From Bauldia sp. (GTDB taxonomy: Bacteria > Pseudomonadota > Alphaproteobacteria > Rhizobiales > Kaistiaceae): a DNA stretch of 64,000 nucleotides. Below are positions 9,486-18,164 of this stretch, in pieces. The notes beneath the pieces are model-generated. The model made no database searches and was not told the DNA's origin. It saw nothing but the letters and a program-made list of their open reading frames with translations. A program made the position numbers and the translations under genes. The stretch's first letter is position 1. Each line of letters opens with the position of its first letter. The stretch is taken from the NCBI GenBank assembly GCA_020853895.1, contig JADYYB010000121.1, forward strand, positions 470-64,469, read 5' to 3'.

Positions 9486-10172
9486 CTACCAATTGTCCAC
9501 CACGGGACCGATGCTGAGGTTGTCGATCACGGCAACCACTCCCGGCGTGTTCTCGGCGATAACGCGGATGGCATCCCGTTCGGGTACGGTGTCGACGGTT
9601 CCCCAGAGGTCCACCACGCCCTTGTGGGCGGTGACGTTCAGCACCCCGATCCGCCACCATTGCTGGGCCTTCACACGCTCCAGGATAGCGTTGCGGATCG
9701 TGTCGTCGGAGAGAGTGATCTCCAGACCGGGCCGGGAGGTGGCGATCGCCTGGACCAGATTGGCCCTCGTTACGATGCCGGCCAGCTGGCCGTTGGCGAG
9801 GATCGGAACGCGCTTGATCCGGCGCCGCTCCATCATCTCGGCGATCTGGTGCAGCGGCGTGTCCGGCGTCGCGGTTGCGACATCCCTCGTCATTAAGTCC
9901 GCGATGCGATGCGAGTTCGCCTTGACGTAGTCCAGGGCACCGGCATCCCGGCCGGCCAGAACCCGGAGCCACCAGGGATTGCGACGCTCGGTGCCAATCT
10001 CTACGCGACGCAACAGATCAGCTTCGCTGACGATGCCGGCGAGTCTTCCCTGATGATCGACCACCGGCACCGCGCTGATCCTCTTCTCGAGAAGAAGCGC
10101 CGCGACATCCTTCACGGTTGCCGTTTCCTTCACCGTGATCACCGGCGAAATCATGACATCACGAGCCTTCAT
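9486..10172 (-). CDS. CBS-pair plus BON domain protein
   Basis: Track ORF 9486..10343. ATG 10172 follows GAGGG and gives MKARDVMISPVITV, a typical CBS start. There are two CBS repeats and then a BON-like C-terminus (VTAHKGVVDLWGTVDTVPERDAIRVIAENTPGV). Confidence 0.8.
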   Translation of the reverse strand: MKARDVMISPVITVKETATVKDVAALLLEKRISAVPVVDHQGRLAGIVSEADLLRRVEIGTERRNPWWLRVLAGRDAGALDYVKANSHRIADLMTRDVATATPDTPLHQIAEMMERRRIKRVPILANGQLAGIVTRANLVQAIATSRPGLEITLSDDTIRNAILERVKAQQWWRIGVLNVTAHKGVVDLWGTVDTVPERDAIRVIAENTPGVVAVIDNLSIGPVVDNW

Positions 10173-10302
10173 GGCGACCCTCGACGATATTTGCGTCATC
10201 GTGGAAATCGTGTCGGCCAATTCGCGCCATGGCTCCTTGATCTGACTCAAAAGGCTAGGATGGCGCTCCGCCGGCCGGCTCTTCCTCTGAGGCGGGAAGA
10301 GA

Positions 10303-10434
10303 CGCCGGCGCCGGACTGACGCCCGCTTTCGGAATTCGATCACGCCGCCGCGGAGGTCCCCTCGCGGGCGATGACAGGCTGGAGCGGCGCTGCCGGGTCT
10401 CCCGCACGGCCCGACTTCTGACCTATCTCAAGGC
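10303..10434 (+). repeat. direct repeat copy A (132 bp), ending in a degenerate FixK box CTGACCTATCTCAA (10418-10431)
   Basis: The first 90 nt are identical to 12450-12539. After that there is a 1-nt and a 9-nt insertion and 2 mismatches relative to copy B. Confidence 0.85.
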
Positions 10435-10757
10435 ATCATAGGTAGATTTTCCGTCGGTTGACTTTGCCTTCGTTGACGGAACCACGGCGCCTTGCGGCTA
10501 GTATCAGCAAGGCAACTTTTAGTCTGCTCCCACGATGCCAGCCAAGAATGGACTTGGGTGCAATCCTCGACGCAATCTTGACGACCGTCTCATCCGCCAG
10601 TCCAGGTGCAATGGTCGCCGGGTGCACGAGCGCGGCGAGAAGGAAGTCCATCAACAAGATCCGCATCATTAACGCTCGCATCTTCCAAGATGGAGTTCAA
10701 ACACGGCAGGGAACACTTCGCAGGCGGATTTGACTTTGCCCAATTGGGGATTTCTCG

Positions 10758-11693
10758 TCACACTCGGCCAGCAACGTATCGGCGGAGCGACGGCAGAGCC
10801 TCCTCCACACATGCGGCACCGGCGGCGAAAGCCTCCCCCGCCCGATGGAAATCGAGCGATGCGAAGTCAGGAAGGTGCGGGACAAGCGTGACATGTGCCG
10901 GTTCACCGGCAAGCCGCGAGCGTGTGATTCGATCCTGCATGATGCTTATTGAAAGCGTCAGCGCCTCGAAGTACCCGGGATGATCTGGGGTGGACTTGAA
11001 AAGCATCGGGGCAATCGCCGATGCTTGCTCTCGGATCGCGAAAGGAATTTGCTTCGCGACGCGATCCAGAAACGACCGCGATATGCCGCTCTGCGTTTCG
11101 GCTCCAAGCTCGTCGGACTCCGACCTGAACGGCCCCAGAAGATCGCTGTTGAGATTGACTGCGATCACGACCTCGGCGCCAAGCGCGCGGCAGACTGAGA
11201 CTGGCACCGGATTGACCAGGCCGCCATCAATTAACCAGCGCTCCTTGTGGCGAACCGGCGCAAATATACCAGGAAGCGAGATCGACGCTCGCACCGCGAG
11301 ATCGATCCGCCCGTCTTGCAGCCAGATCTCTCGTCCCGTGGTCAGGTCAGTGGCTATCGCTGCAAACGGCTTCGGACAGGTCTCGATGGCAGAGACGATC
11401 TTCAGCCGGCGCATCAGCGCGACGATGCGTTCGCCCTTGATCAAGCCGCCGCCAGTCAGGCGGACATCAAGAAGCCCTGCGATCTCGCGCCAAGTGAGAG
11501 CCGACGCATACTCCTTGAGATCCTCCAGCCGACCAGTGACATAGGCCGCGCCAACCAACGAACCCATGGAGCAGCCACAGACAATACCCGGCTCGATGCC
11601 AGCCTTTCGCAAGGCCTCTATGACGCCGACATGGGCCCAGCCACGGGCTGCGCCACTCCCTAGGGCGAGCCCAACACGAGGACGAGACACCAC
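10758..11693 (-). CDS. patatin-like phospholipase (RssA-like)
   Basis: 311 aa: GLALGSGAARGWAHVGV (oxyanion GGxR-like), GCSMGSLVGA (GxSxG) and LIDGGLVNPVP (catalytic DGG). Confidence 0.9.
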   Translation of the reverse strand: MVSRPRVGLALGSGAARGWAHVGVIEALRKAGIEPGIVCGCSMGSLVGAAYVTGRLEDLKEYASALTWREIAGLLDVRLTGGGLIKGERIVALMRRLKIVSAIETCPKPFAAIATDLTTGREIWLQDGRIDLAVRASISLPGIFAPVRHKERWLIDGGLVNPVPVSVCRALGAEVVIAVNLNSDLLGPFRSESDELGAETQSGISRSFLDRVAKQIPFAIREQASAIAPMLFKSTPDHPGYFEALTLSISIMQDRITRSRLAGEPAHVTLVPHLPDFASLDFHRAGEAFAAGAACVEEALPSLRRYVAGRV

Positions 11694-11764
11694 ATTCTCC
11701 CACCATCAACGATACTGTGCGTTTGCACTTTACGGGAACACTGACGTTCGCAGCACGTCTATGA

Positions 11765-12096
11765 TCATAAGCGCCTCATGATGAGAGATCCGAAGCTTGC
11801 CACCAGAACGGCCGCGGCGGCTGCGTCCTTCACCAGCTTGATCTTGGGCGAGACGGTCGGGTGCAACTCATCGGTCAAGTACTCGATGGCTGAATTGACT
11901 AGCTCGAACCCCAACACCGTGACGATCGAAGCTCCAATACACGCCGTCCAAAGGAGCCCGGGTCGCAGGTCGCTGTCACCAGGACCGCGACGAATCCGAC
12001 CATCGCCTGCGCACGAAAGCTTCTTTCACGGTCCCAGACCGCCTTCAGTCCGTGGATAGCAGAGCGGATCCGCGCATGAAATGGCCGGTTCTTCAA
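11765..12096 (-). pseudogene. dgkA: diacylglycerol kinase with a 1-nt frameshift near 11955-11968
   Basis: The N-terminal frame (track 11899..12096) reads MKNRPFHARIRSAIHGLKAVWDRERSFRAQAMVGFVAVLVTAT. My own translation of the adjacent frame continues LRPGLLWTACIGASIVTVLGFELVNSAIEYLTDELHPTVSPKIKLVKDAAAAAVLVASFGSLIMRRL*, which is the DgkA core motif E-x-x-NSAIE. The span is 332 nt, not a multiple of 3. Confidence 0.65.
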
Positions 12097-12449
12097 TAAG
12101 CCATCCTCCTCCTCGGCCGAAGCTGGACAAGCCAGTTTGCGGCTTGTCCGTCAATACGGAGAGACGGGGATTTATGGACGACTGCGGAAGCTTCCGGTTC
12201 TTCGCCTTGCCCTTGGCACCCCGATCCCGGAGCGTCAGCGAAAAGCGGCGCCGATTAGGCCCATGCTGTCAGGCAAGTTTCGCTATTGAGCGTGATTCAA
12301 CCGCAGCCCTAGACCACAACTATTAGAACGCACCTCTGAAGTGCGCAGTGGAAGCGTCCAAGGTATTGTCCAGCTCGGAGCGAAGAGAGCAGCGGTGGAG
12401 GCGGTCACGCGGCGCTGAGATCAGTCGCGGTGAGGAATCGCCCCGGCGT

Positions 12450-12571
12450 CGCCGGCGCCGGACTGACGCCCGCTTTCGGAATTCGATCACGCCGCCGCGG
12501 AGGTCCCCTCGCGGGCGATGACAGGCTGGAGCGGCGCTGCGGGTCTCCCGACTCTTGACCTATCTCAAGGC
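12450..12571 (+). repeat. direct repeat copy B (122 bp)
   Basis: See copy A. It contains the perfect FixK/FNR box at 12555-12568. Confidence 0.85.
12555..12568. promoter_or_regulatory. FNR/FixK-type box TTGACCTATCTCAA
   Basis: Perfect TTGA-N6-TCAA. The centre is 65 bp upstream of the DUF302 ATG (12627). Confidence 0.55.
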
Positions 12572-12626
12572 GCTGGCCCGTCCATACGCAGACTTTGCGA
12601 TGTTGCGGGCCTACCAGGCGAACCAG

Positions 12627-13013
12627 ATGACCTACCATTTCAGCAAGACCGTCGGGATTGGTTTCGACGAGGCGATCGACCGGATCACCGAGGCGCTGGC
12701 GAAGGAGGGATTCGGAATCCTCTCCGACATCGACGTTCAGGCCGCGATGAAGAAGAGGCTCGGGGTCGAGTTCAGAAAATACCGCATTCTTGGCGCCTGC
12801 CACCCGCCCTCGGCCTACCGGGCGCTTCAGGTGGAAGACAAGATCGGAACGATGCTTCCGTGCAACGTGATCGTCCAGGAGCGCGAGAGCGGCGTGGTGG
12901 AAGTCTCCGCTGTCGACCCCGTCGCGTCCATGCAGGCGATCGAGAATCCAGACCTCCTGGATATCGCTGGGGAAGTCCGGGCCCGACTGCAGGCGGTGAT
13001 GGTGGCGCTTTAG
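12627..13013 (+). CDS. DUF302 domain protein
   Basis: Track ORF 12555..13013; the internal ATG at 12627 gives MTYHFSKTV.... The family pattern is present: EGFGILSDIDVQAAMKKRLGVEFRKYRILGACHPPSAYRAL...MLPCNVIV. Confidence 0.85.
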   Translation: MTYHFSKTVGIGFDEAIDRITEALAKEGFGILSDIDVQAAMKKRLGVEFRKYRILGACHPPSAYRALQVEDKIGTMLPCNVIVQERESGVVEVSAVDPVASMQAIENPDLLDIAGEVRARLQAVMVAL

Positions 13014-13141
13014 GTGGCGGCGCCGACCTAGACAGTGCCCGACCGACATCGCTCAACACAGCTGGCGCCTGTCTCGAATGCGCGCTGGCGGTAACTACAT
13101 ATCGTGAAGAATCGTAGGCCCCGCCTGTTTGGAGCTCGAAG

Positions 13142-14281
13142 ATGGCATGGTCGTTTCCGATCCTGAGAGTCGCGGGCAGCGAAGTCCGCATCCATCTCAC
13201 CTTCCTGCTCCTCCTCGCATGGATCGGTCTGTCGCAGTATTTCGCCTACGGCACCGCGGCAGCAGTCGATTCAGTGCTGTTCTTGCTGGCCGTGTTCGCG
13301 TGCGTCGTGCTTCACGAATTCGGGCACGTGCTGACGGCCAGGCGCTACGGGATCACCACCCCCGACATCACTCTGCTGCCGATCGGCGGACTGGCGCGCC
13401 TGTCCCGGCTTCCCGACAAGCCGTCCGAGGAGATCGTGATCGCACTGGCGGGACCGGTGGTGAACCTCGCGATCCTGCTTGTCCTCCTCCTCTTCGGCGC
13501 ACAGCTGAGCACAGAGACCCTGACCGCGATCGAGAACCCAGCGCCGGGTTTCATCGACCGTCTGGCCGTCGTGAATATCTTCCTCGCGGTCTTCAATCTC
13601 ATTCCAGCCTTCCCGATGGACGGAGGCCGCGTTCTTCGCGCCGCGCTCAGCATTCCGCTCGGCCGTCAGCGGGCGACGCGCATAGCGGCAGGCATCGGAC
13701 AGGGATTCGCCTTCCTCCTCGGCTTTCTCGGCCTCATGAGCGGAAATGCGATCCTCGTCTTCATCGCGATCTTCGTCTATCTCGCCGCCGCGGCGGAGGC
13801 CGGGCAGGTGAGCCTCATGGAACTGGCCAACCGCCTTCCCGTCGAGCGAGCGATGGTCGTGCGCTTCGAAAGCCTCCCCACCGATGCCACCGTTCGGGTG
13901 GCGGCCGATGCCCTCCTCCGCAGCGCTCAGCGCGAGTTCCCGATTCTCGACGGCGCGGGGCGCCTTCGGGGGTTCCTGACGCGCGACGCCATGGTTCAGG
14001 CGATAGGGACGACCGGGCCGGACACGCCGGTCCTCTCAGCAATGCGTCCTGTCCCGAGCGTGCAGACCGGCGAAAGACTCTCGACCGCCTTGCGCCGGAT
14101 GGAAGCGGACCGGAGCCCGGTGGTCGCCGTCCTCGACGGCGATAGCCGCATGGTCGGGTACGTTTGTCATGAGAATATCGGCGAGATCCTGATGCTCAAC
14201 GAAGCCGAGAGCCAGTACGGCAACCGCCCGAAGACCCAACAAAGCGGAGGGGTGTCAGCGGGTTCCGGCCCTTCGCGCTGA
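13142..14281 (+). CDS. site-2 protease family (M50) metalloprotease with C-terminal CBS pair
   Basis: 379 aa with HEFGH zinc motif, multiple TM segments, NLIPAFPMDGGRV (LDG-type motif), then CBS-like repeats. Confidence 0.9.
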   Translation: MAWSFPILRVAGSEVRIHLTFLLLLAWIGLSQYFAYGTAAAVDSVLFLLAVFACVVLHEFGHVLTARRYGITTPDITLLPIGGLARLSRLPDKPSEEIVIALAGPVVNLAILLVLLLFGAQLSTETLTAIENPAPGFIDRLAVVNIFLAVFNLIPAFPMDGGRVLRAALSIPLGRQRATRIAAGIGQGFAFLLGFLGLMSGNAILVFIAIFVYLAAAAEAGQVSLMELANRLPVERAMVVRFESLPTDATVRVAADALLRSAQREFPILDGAGRLRGFLTRDAMVQAIGTTGPDTPVLSAMRPVPSVQTGERLSTALRRMEADRSPVVAVLDGDSRMVGYVCHENIGEILMLNEAESQYGNRPKTQQSGGVSAGSGPSR

Positions 14282-14565
14282 GGGCGTCCGCGCCAGTTGG
14301 CGGCCGGTCGGTTTCTCTGTGCCCTCCCCAAAACAGCAAGGTGAGCGAGCACGCCGTGGCTGAGTTCAGTACCAGACTGAACGTTGCAGGTGACCGACAG
14401 CCAGAGCCCGCATTGGGGGACGATGCCCTCACCGGCGTGCTCGCTCGGCCTTCCAAGTAGCCCTTCGCCCGCGTCCTGGCTTTGTCCGACGGCAAGGTTC
14501 GGAATCGATCCGTCCTGTTTTCCGACCGCGCCCACGGTTCCGAAGACACGGCTGTCCGGACCGTT

Positions 14566-15321
14566 CTATTCGCCGCACCCGCTTGTCGCCGCCACTCGGA
14601 CGGCTGTGCCCTCAGCAAAGCAGGTCGCTGCATATCGTTTCAGGTTGCCACGGCTGAGTTCGGCCAGACACGCCAGCTCCGTCCCTCGGAAATGGTCCGG
14701 GTTCGCCGCAAGAAATTCCGCGGCGTGGCGGTTGCGCGAGGCGGCAGTCTCGACACCAGCCCATTCCGGTCGCAGATGGCCGAGCGACTCGCCGAAATCC
14801 ACCACCCCGGTTCGTCTGGAAAAGAAGGCGCCGTAGCGCGCACTCGCGATCTCGTCGCGGACCCGGATCAGGTCGGCCACCGCGCCGCTATCGTGGGACG
14901 GAACGTAGCGCCGAAAGAAATTGGGCAAGATTCGAAATGTCCTGTGGCCCTTCACCAGGAGAAACCAGAAGAGCTCGCCGCCTCCCGTCCGTGCACTCAG
15001 GCTGCCGACCGTCCTGAACCACGCCTTCAACAGGGCCGGGTTACCCCATTGCGATGAATCGAGGATCGTGTCGCCGGAAAATATGTAGTCTATCTCCCTG
15101 TCACCGACGACGTGATGATTGAGGGACAGCGTCGAGAAACCGACGATATCCTGGCACGCTAAATCGCGCACCAGGACCACGATATCCTTGTCCGCGAGGT
15201 CAGCGTCGAAGCGCGACCGATCGGCCGCGTCATAGTACCGGTCGTACAGTCGAAACATCTCCGCCTTGTCTCTTTCATCAAGAGCGCGGACGCGCGTTGC
15301 TTCTGCCAATAGGTCGGTCAT
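14566..15321 (-). CDS. hypothetical protein, 252 aa (possibly GNAT-like fold), translationally coupled to ubiX
   Basis: C-terminal part of track ORF 14566..15999. ATG 15321 overlaps the ubiX stop (ATGA). The sequence begins MTDLLAEATRVRALDERDKAEMFRLYDRYYDAADRSRFDADLADKDIVVLVRD...IVGFSTL. I recognise no family with confidence. Confidence 0.6.
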   Translation of the reverse strand: MTDLLAEATRVRALDERDKAEMFRLYDRYYDAADRSRFDADLADKDIVVLVRDLACQDIVGFSTLSLNHHVVGDREIDYIFSGDTILDSSQWGNPALLKAWFRTVGSLSARTGGGELFWFLLVKGHRTFRILPNFFRRYVPSHDSGAVADLIRVRDEIASARYGAFFSRRTGVVDFGESLGHLRPEWAGVETAASRNRHAAEFLAANPDHFRGTELACLAELSRGNLKRYAATCFAEGTAVRVAATSGCGE

Positions 15322-15962
15322 TGCTCCGACTTGTTCGCGTTCGTAGTCGCCGTTTGCGTCGCAGTCATATGACCGAGAACCCAGCTCGAGCCATTTGTTC
15401 CTAGCCACTCCTTTCGGCCATCCAGCGTGAGGCCTAGAAGATCGACCAGCCGGTGCGCCATCTGGTCGATCATTTCCGCTATTGTCTTCGGCCCGAGATA
15501 GAATGTCGGCGCTATCGGTGCGACCACCGCACCGTATTCGGATACGGTCGTCATTGCCCGAAGATGGCCGAGATGTAGGGGGCTCTCGCGCACGGCCAGG
15601 ATGAGCCGGCGTCGTTCCTTCAGGTGCACGCCGGCGGCGCGGACCAGGAGATTGTCCCCGGTCCCCGCGGCGATCGAGGAAAGGCTGCGCATCGAGCACG
15701 GCGCCACGATCATTCCCAGTGTCCGGAACGAGCCGCTCGCCACGCTCGCGCCGACATCGTCGATGGCGTGGCGCTGCACCACCAGGCTGCTCAGCCGGGA
15801 CTGTGCGTCGCGTCCGACCTCGAGACCGAGCGTCCGTTCCCCGCCCGGCGTGACCACGAGGTGCACCTCGCTCTGTCCCGATCCGGCGAGGAGTTCCACC
15901 ACGCGGACTCCCAGCGCCGCGCCCGACGCGCCGCTGATCCCGACGACCACGCGCGGTCTCAA
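15318..15962 (-). CDS. ubiX: flavin prenyltransferase UbiX
   Basis: Track ORF 15318..16223. The in-frame TTG at 15962 overlaps the ubiD TGA. The sequence reads RVVVGISGASGAALGVRVVELL...MIVAPCSMRSLSSIAAG...DNLLVRAAGVHLKERRRLIL. Confidence 0.9.
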   Translation of the reverse strand: MRPRVVVGISGASGAALGVRVVELLAGSGQSEVHLVVTPGGERTLGLEVGRDAQSRLSSLVVQRHAIDDVGASVASGSFRTLGMIVAPCSMRSLSSIAAGTGDNLLVRAAGVHLKERRRLILAVRESPLHLGHLRAMTTVSEYGAVVAPIAPTFYLGPKTIAEMIDQMAHRLVDLLGLTLDGRKEWLGTNGSSWVLGHMTATQTATTNANKSEQ

Positions 15963-17482
15963 GCGGCCCCCCTTGCGGCGCTGGCCCGGGGATCGACACC
16001 CAAACGGTCCCAGATCTCGTCGATGCGCCCGACGATCGCGGGGTCCATGGCCAGGCGGCGACCCCACTTCCTCTCGGTCTCGGAGCCGATCTTGTTGGTG
16101 GCGTCGATCCCGAGCTTGCCGCCCAAGCCCAGCTTGGGCGATGCGAAGTCGAGATTGTCGATCGGCGTGCCGTCTATGACGACGAGGTCGCGCGACGGAT
16201 CGGAGCGTGTCGAGACGGCCCACGCCACATCTTCCCAGTCTCGCACATTGATGTCGTGATCAACGAGGATGAGAAACTTCGTATAGCTAAGCTGCGGCAG
16301 GATGGACCAGAGCCCCAGCATGACGCGGCGCGCCTGCCCCGGGTAGCGCTTGTCGATGGCGACGACCGCGATTCGATATGAGCATGCCTCGGGCGGAAAC
16401 CACAGGTCGGTTATCTCCGGGAAGCTCCGCCGTATGAGAGGCAGGAAGAGAATGTTGAGCGCTTCGCCGATGCGGGAGGGCTCGTCGGGTGGGCGGCCGG
16501 TGAACGTCGATAGGTAGACCGGCTTCTTTCGCATTGTCATCGCGGTGACTCGCGTCACGGGAAAAGACTCTACGTCACCATAGTAGCCCGTATGATCGCC
16601 ATAAGGCCCTTCCGGCGCGGTCTGAGTCGGCGAGACGAAGCCTTCGATGACGATCTCGGCGTCCGCTGGCACTCTCAGCGGAACGCTGACGCAAGAGGCA
16701 AGCCGGGGACGCTCGCCGCGCAGCAAGCCGGCGAAGCGGAGTTCGGAGAGCGTCTCGGGGAGCGGGAAGACCGCCGCCAGCATTGTCGCAGGGTCAGCGC
16801 CAATGACGACCGCCACCGGCATCTCCATGCCGCGGTCGCGCCACATCCGATGGTGGCCGGCGCCACCTCGGTGAGGAAGCCAACGGATGATCGCGGAGTC
16901 GCGGCCAAGGATCTGAATCCGATACACGCCCACGTTTTCCGGCGTCCCGGCCTCCGGGCCCCGCGTGATCACCAAAGGCCAGGTGATCAGGGGACCCGGC
17001 TCGCCGGGCCAGGAGACCTGGGCCGGCAGGCGGGTCAGGTCGACCGCCTCGCCGGAGAGGACTGTTCTTCGGTCGACGTCTCCGTTCACCTGCCGGGGAC
17101 GCATCGATAGCGCCGCACGCGCCAAAGGCAATTTTCGCAACACCTCGCCGAGACCGTCCGGCATTTCCGGCCGACTGAGCTCGGCCATCGCCTCGCCGAG
17201 CGCAGGCAAGGCGTCGGCCTCGACGCCGAGCCCCCAGGCAATCCGCTTCAGGGTTCCGAAGAGATTGACGAGCACCGGCATCTCGGAGCGGGCGCCGTCG
17301 GCCTTGACGGCATGCTCGAACAGCAACGCCCGCCCATTCCCGCGCAGAACGCGCCGATGAATCTCCGTCATCTCGTGAACGACCGATATCGGCTCGCTGA
17401 CGCGCACGAGCTCATCGGCCGCCTCGAGATGGGCGATGAAATCGCCCAGGCTTCGAAACGCGGGAAGCGTGCGACTCGGCAT
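15959..17482 (-). CDS. ubiD: UbiD-family (de)carboxylase, 4-hydroxy-3-polyprenylbenzoate decarboxylase-like
   Basis: Track ORF 15959..17656. ATG 17482 is preceded by GGAG; 17494 is also possible. The sequence reads FRSLGDFIAHLEAADELVRVSEPISVVHEMTEIHRRVL...GVYRIQILG...GDHTGYY. Confidence 0.9.
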   Translation of the reverse strand: MPSRTLPAFRSLGDFIAHLEAADELVRVSEPISVVHEMTEIHRRVLRGNGRALLFEHAVKADGARSEMPVLVNLFGTLKRIAWGLGVEADALPALGEAMAELSRPEMPDGLGEVLRKLPLARAALSMRPRQVNGDVDRRTVLSGEAVDLTRLPAQVSWPGEPGPLITWPLVITRGPEAGTPENVGVYRIQILGRDSAIIRWLPHRGGAGHHRMWRDRGMEMPVAVVIGADPATMLAAVFPLPETLSELRFAGLLRGERPRLASCVSVPLRVPADAEIVIEGFVSPTQTAPEGPYGDHTGYYGDVESFPVTRVTAMTMRKKPVYLSTFTGRPPDEPSRIGEALNILFLPLIRRSFPEITDLWFPPEACSYRIAVVAIDKRYPGQARRVMLGLWSILPQLSYTKFLILVDHDINVRDWEDVAWAVSTRSDPSRDLVVIDGTPIDNLDFASPKLGLGGKLGIDATNKIGSETERKWGRRLAMDPAIVGRIDEIWDRLGVDPRASAARGAA

Positions 17483-17534
17483 CGGCCACTCCATCGGACT
17501 GCGGTCCAGATTCCCAATCGGCCGGTCATCGTCG

Positions 17535-17548
17535 TTGCTCCCGGGCAA
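17535..17548. promoter_or_regulatory. FixK2-variant box TTGCTCCCGGGCAA (TTG[A/C]-N6-[T/G]CAA)
   Basis: Palindromic 14-mer in the ubiD/ubiT divergent intergenic region. The centre is 59 bp from the ubiD ATG and 103 bp from the ubiT ATG. Confidence 0.35.
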
Positions 17549-17644
17549 ACATCGGACGCCGGAGAAGCGATAGGCTGTCCGCGACGTCGGATGGACGGCG
17601 CCGCACGGACCGCGGAACTTGATGGACGAGCCCGAAGAGCAGCC

Positions 17645-18163
17645 ATGATCGGCCAATTGCCGCCCTATCTCTCGGCCGCCCTGCGGATGCTGCCGCTGTT
17701 CCCGCTACAGCTCCCGCTCACGCGGCTCTTCGAGTATGTAGTCTGGCGATATCCTCTGCTGTTCGATCGCCTCGGCGAGCACGCGGGCAAACGCTTCGGC
17801 GTGGAGCCGACCGACCTTCCCTTCGCCCTCCTGTTCGAGGCTTGTCACGCCTCCCCTCGCGTGACGATCCTCCGCCGTCTTCCCGCAACTCGGCTCGACG
17901 CCCACATTGCCGGGCCCCTCGCCGCGCTCATCGGCCTCGTCAATGGCTCCCATGACGGCGATGCGCTGTTCTTCTCACGCGACATCCGGGTCGAAGGAGA
18001 CATCTCGGCGATCGTGGCGCTCCGCAACGCCATCGAGGGCGCCGGCATCGACCTCGTGCGCGACGGTGCCGCTTGCCTTGGCCCGTTCGGCTTCTCCTTC
18101 GAGTGGGCTGCGGGGCTCGCCGCTACGCTCGCCGACCGGTTGACTGCCGGGGGAGGACGTTAA
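17645..18163 (+). CDS. ubiT: SCP2-domain ubiquinone anaerobic biosynthesis accessory factor UbiT (YhbT-like)
   Basis: 173 aa from ATG 17645 within track ORF 17312..18163. The size matches the 174-aa E. coli YhbT as I recall it. The assignment rests on position directly upstream of ubiU-ubiV; SCP2 identity was not checked motif by motif. Confidence 0.8.
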   Translation: MIGQLPPYLSAALRMLPLFPLQLPLTRLFEYVVWRYPLLFDRLGEHAGKRFGVEPTDLPFALLFEACHASPRVTILRRLPATRLDAHIAGPLAALIGLVNGSHDGDALFFSRDIRVEGDISAIVALRNAIEGAGIDLVRDGAACLGPFGFSFEWAAGLAATLADRLTAGGGR

Positions 18164-18164
18164 G

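Noticed and set aside
10436-10757. A possible IS/transposase remnant (minus-strand 81-aa ORF containing IAPKSILGWHRGSRLK) in a lower-GC patch.
   Set aside because: The similarity to transposase N-termini is a short, loose resemblance recalled from memory. There are no terminal inverted repeats and no DDE motif. It is mentioned only as context for the direct repeat.
14282-14565. Short hairpins between the convergent M50 protease gene and the 252-aa gene, e.g. GTTCAGT-accag-ACTGAAC at about 14364-14382.
   Set aside because: The stems are only 7 bp, are not GC-rich and have no T-tract. This is insufficient to call a terminator or an RNA gene.
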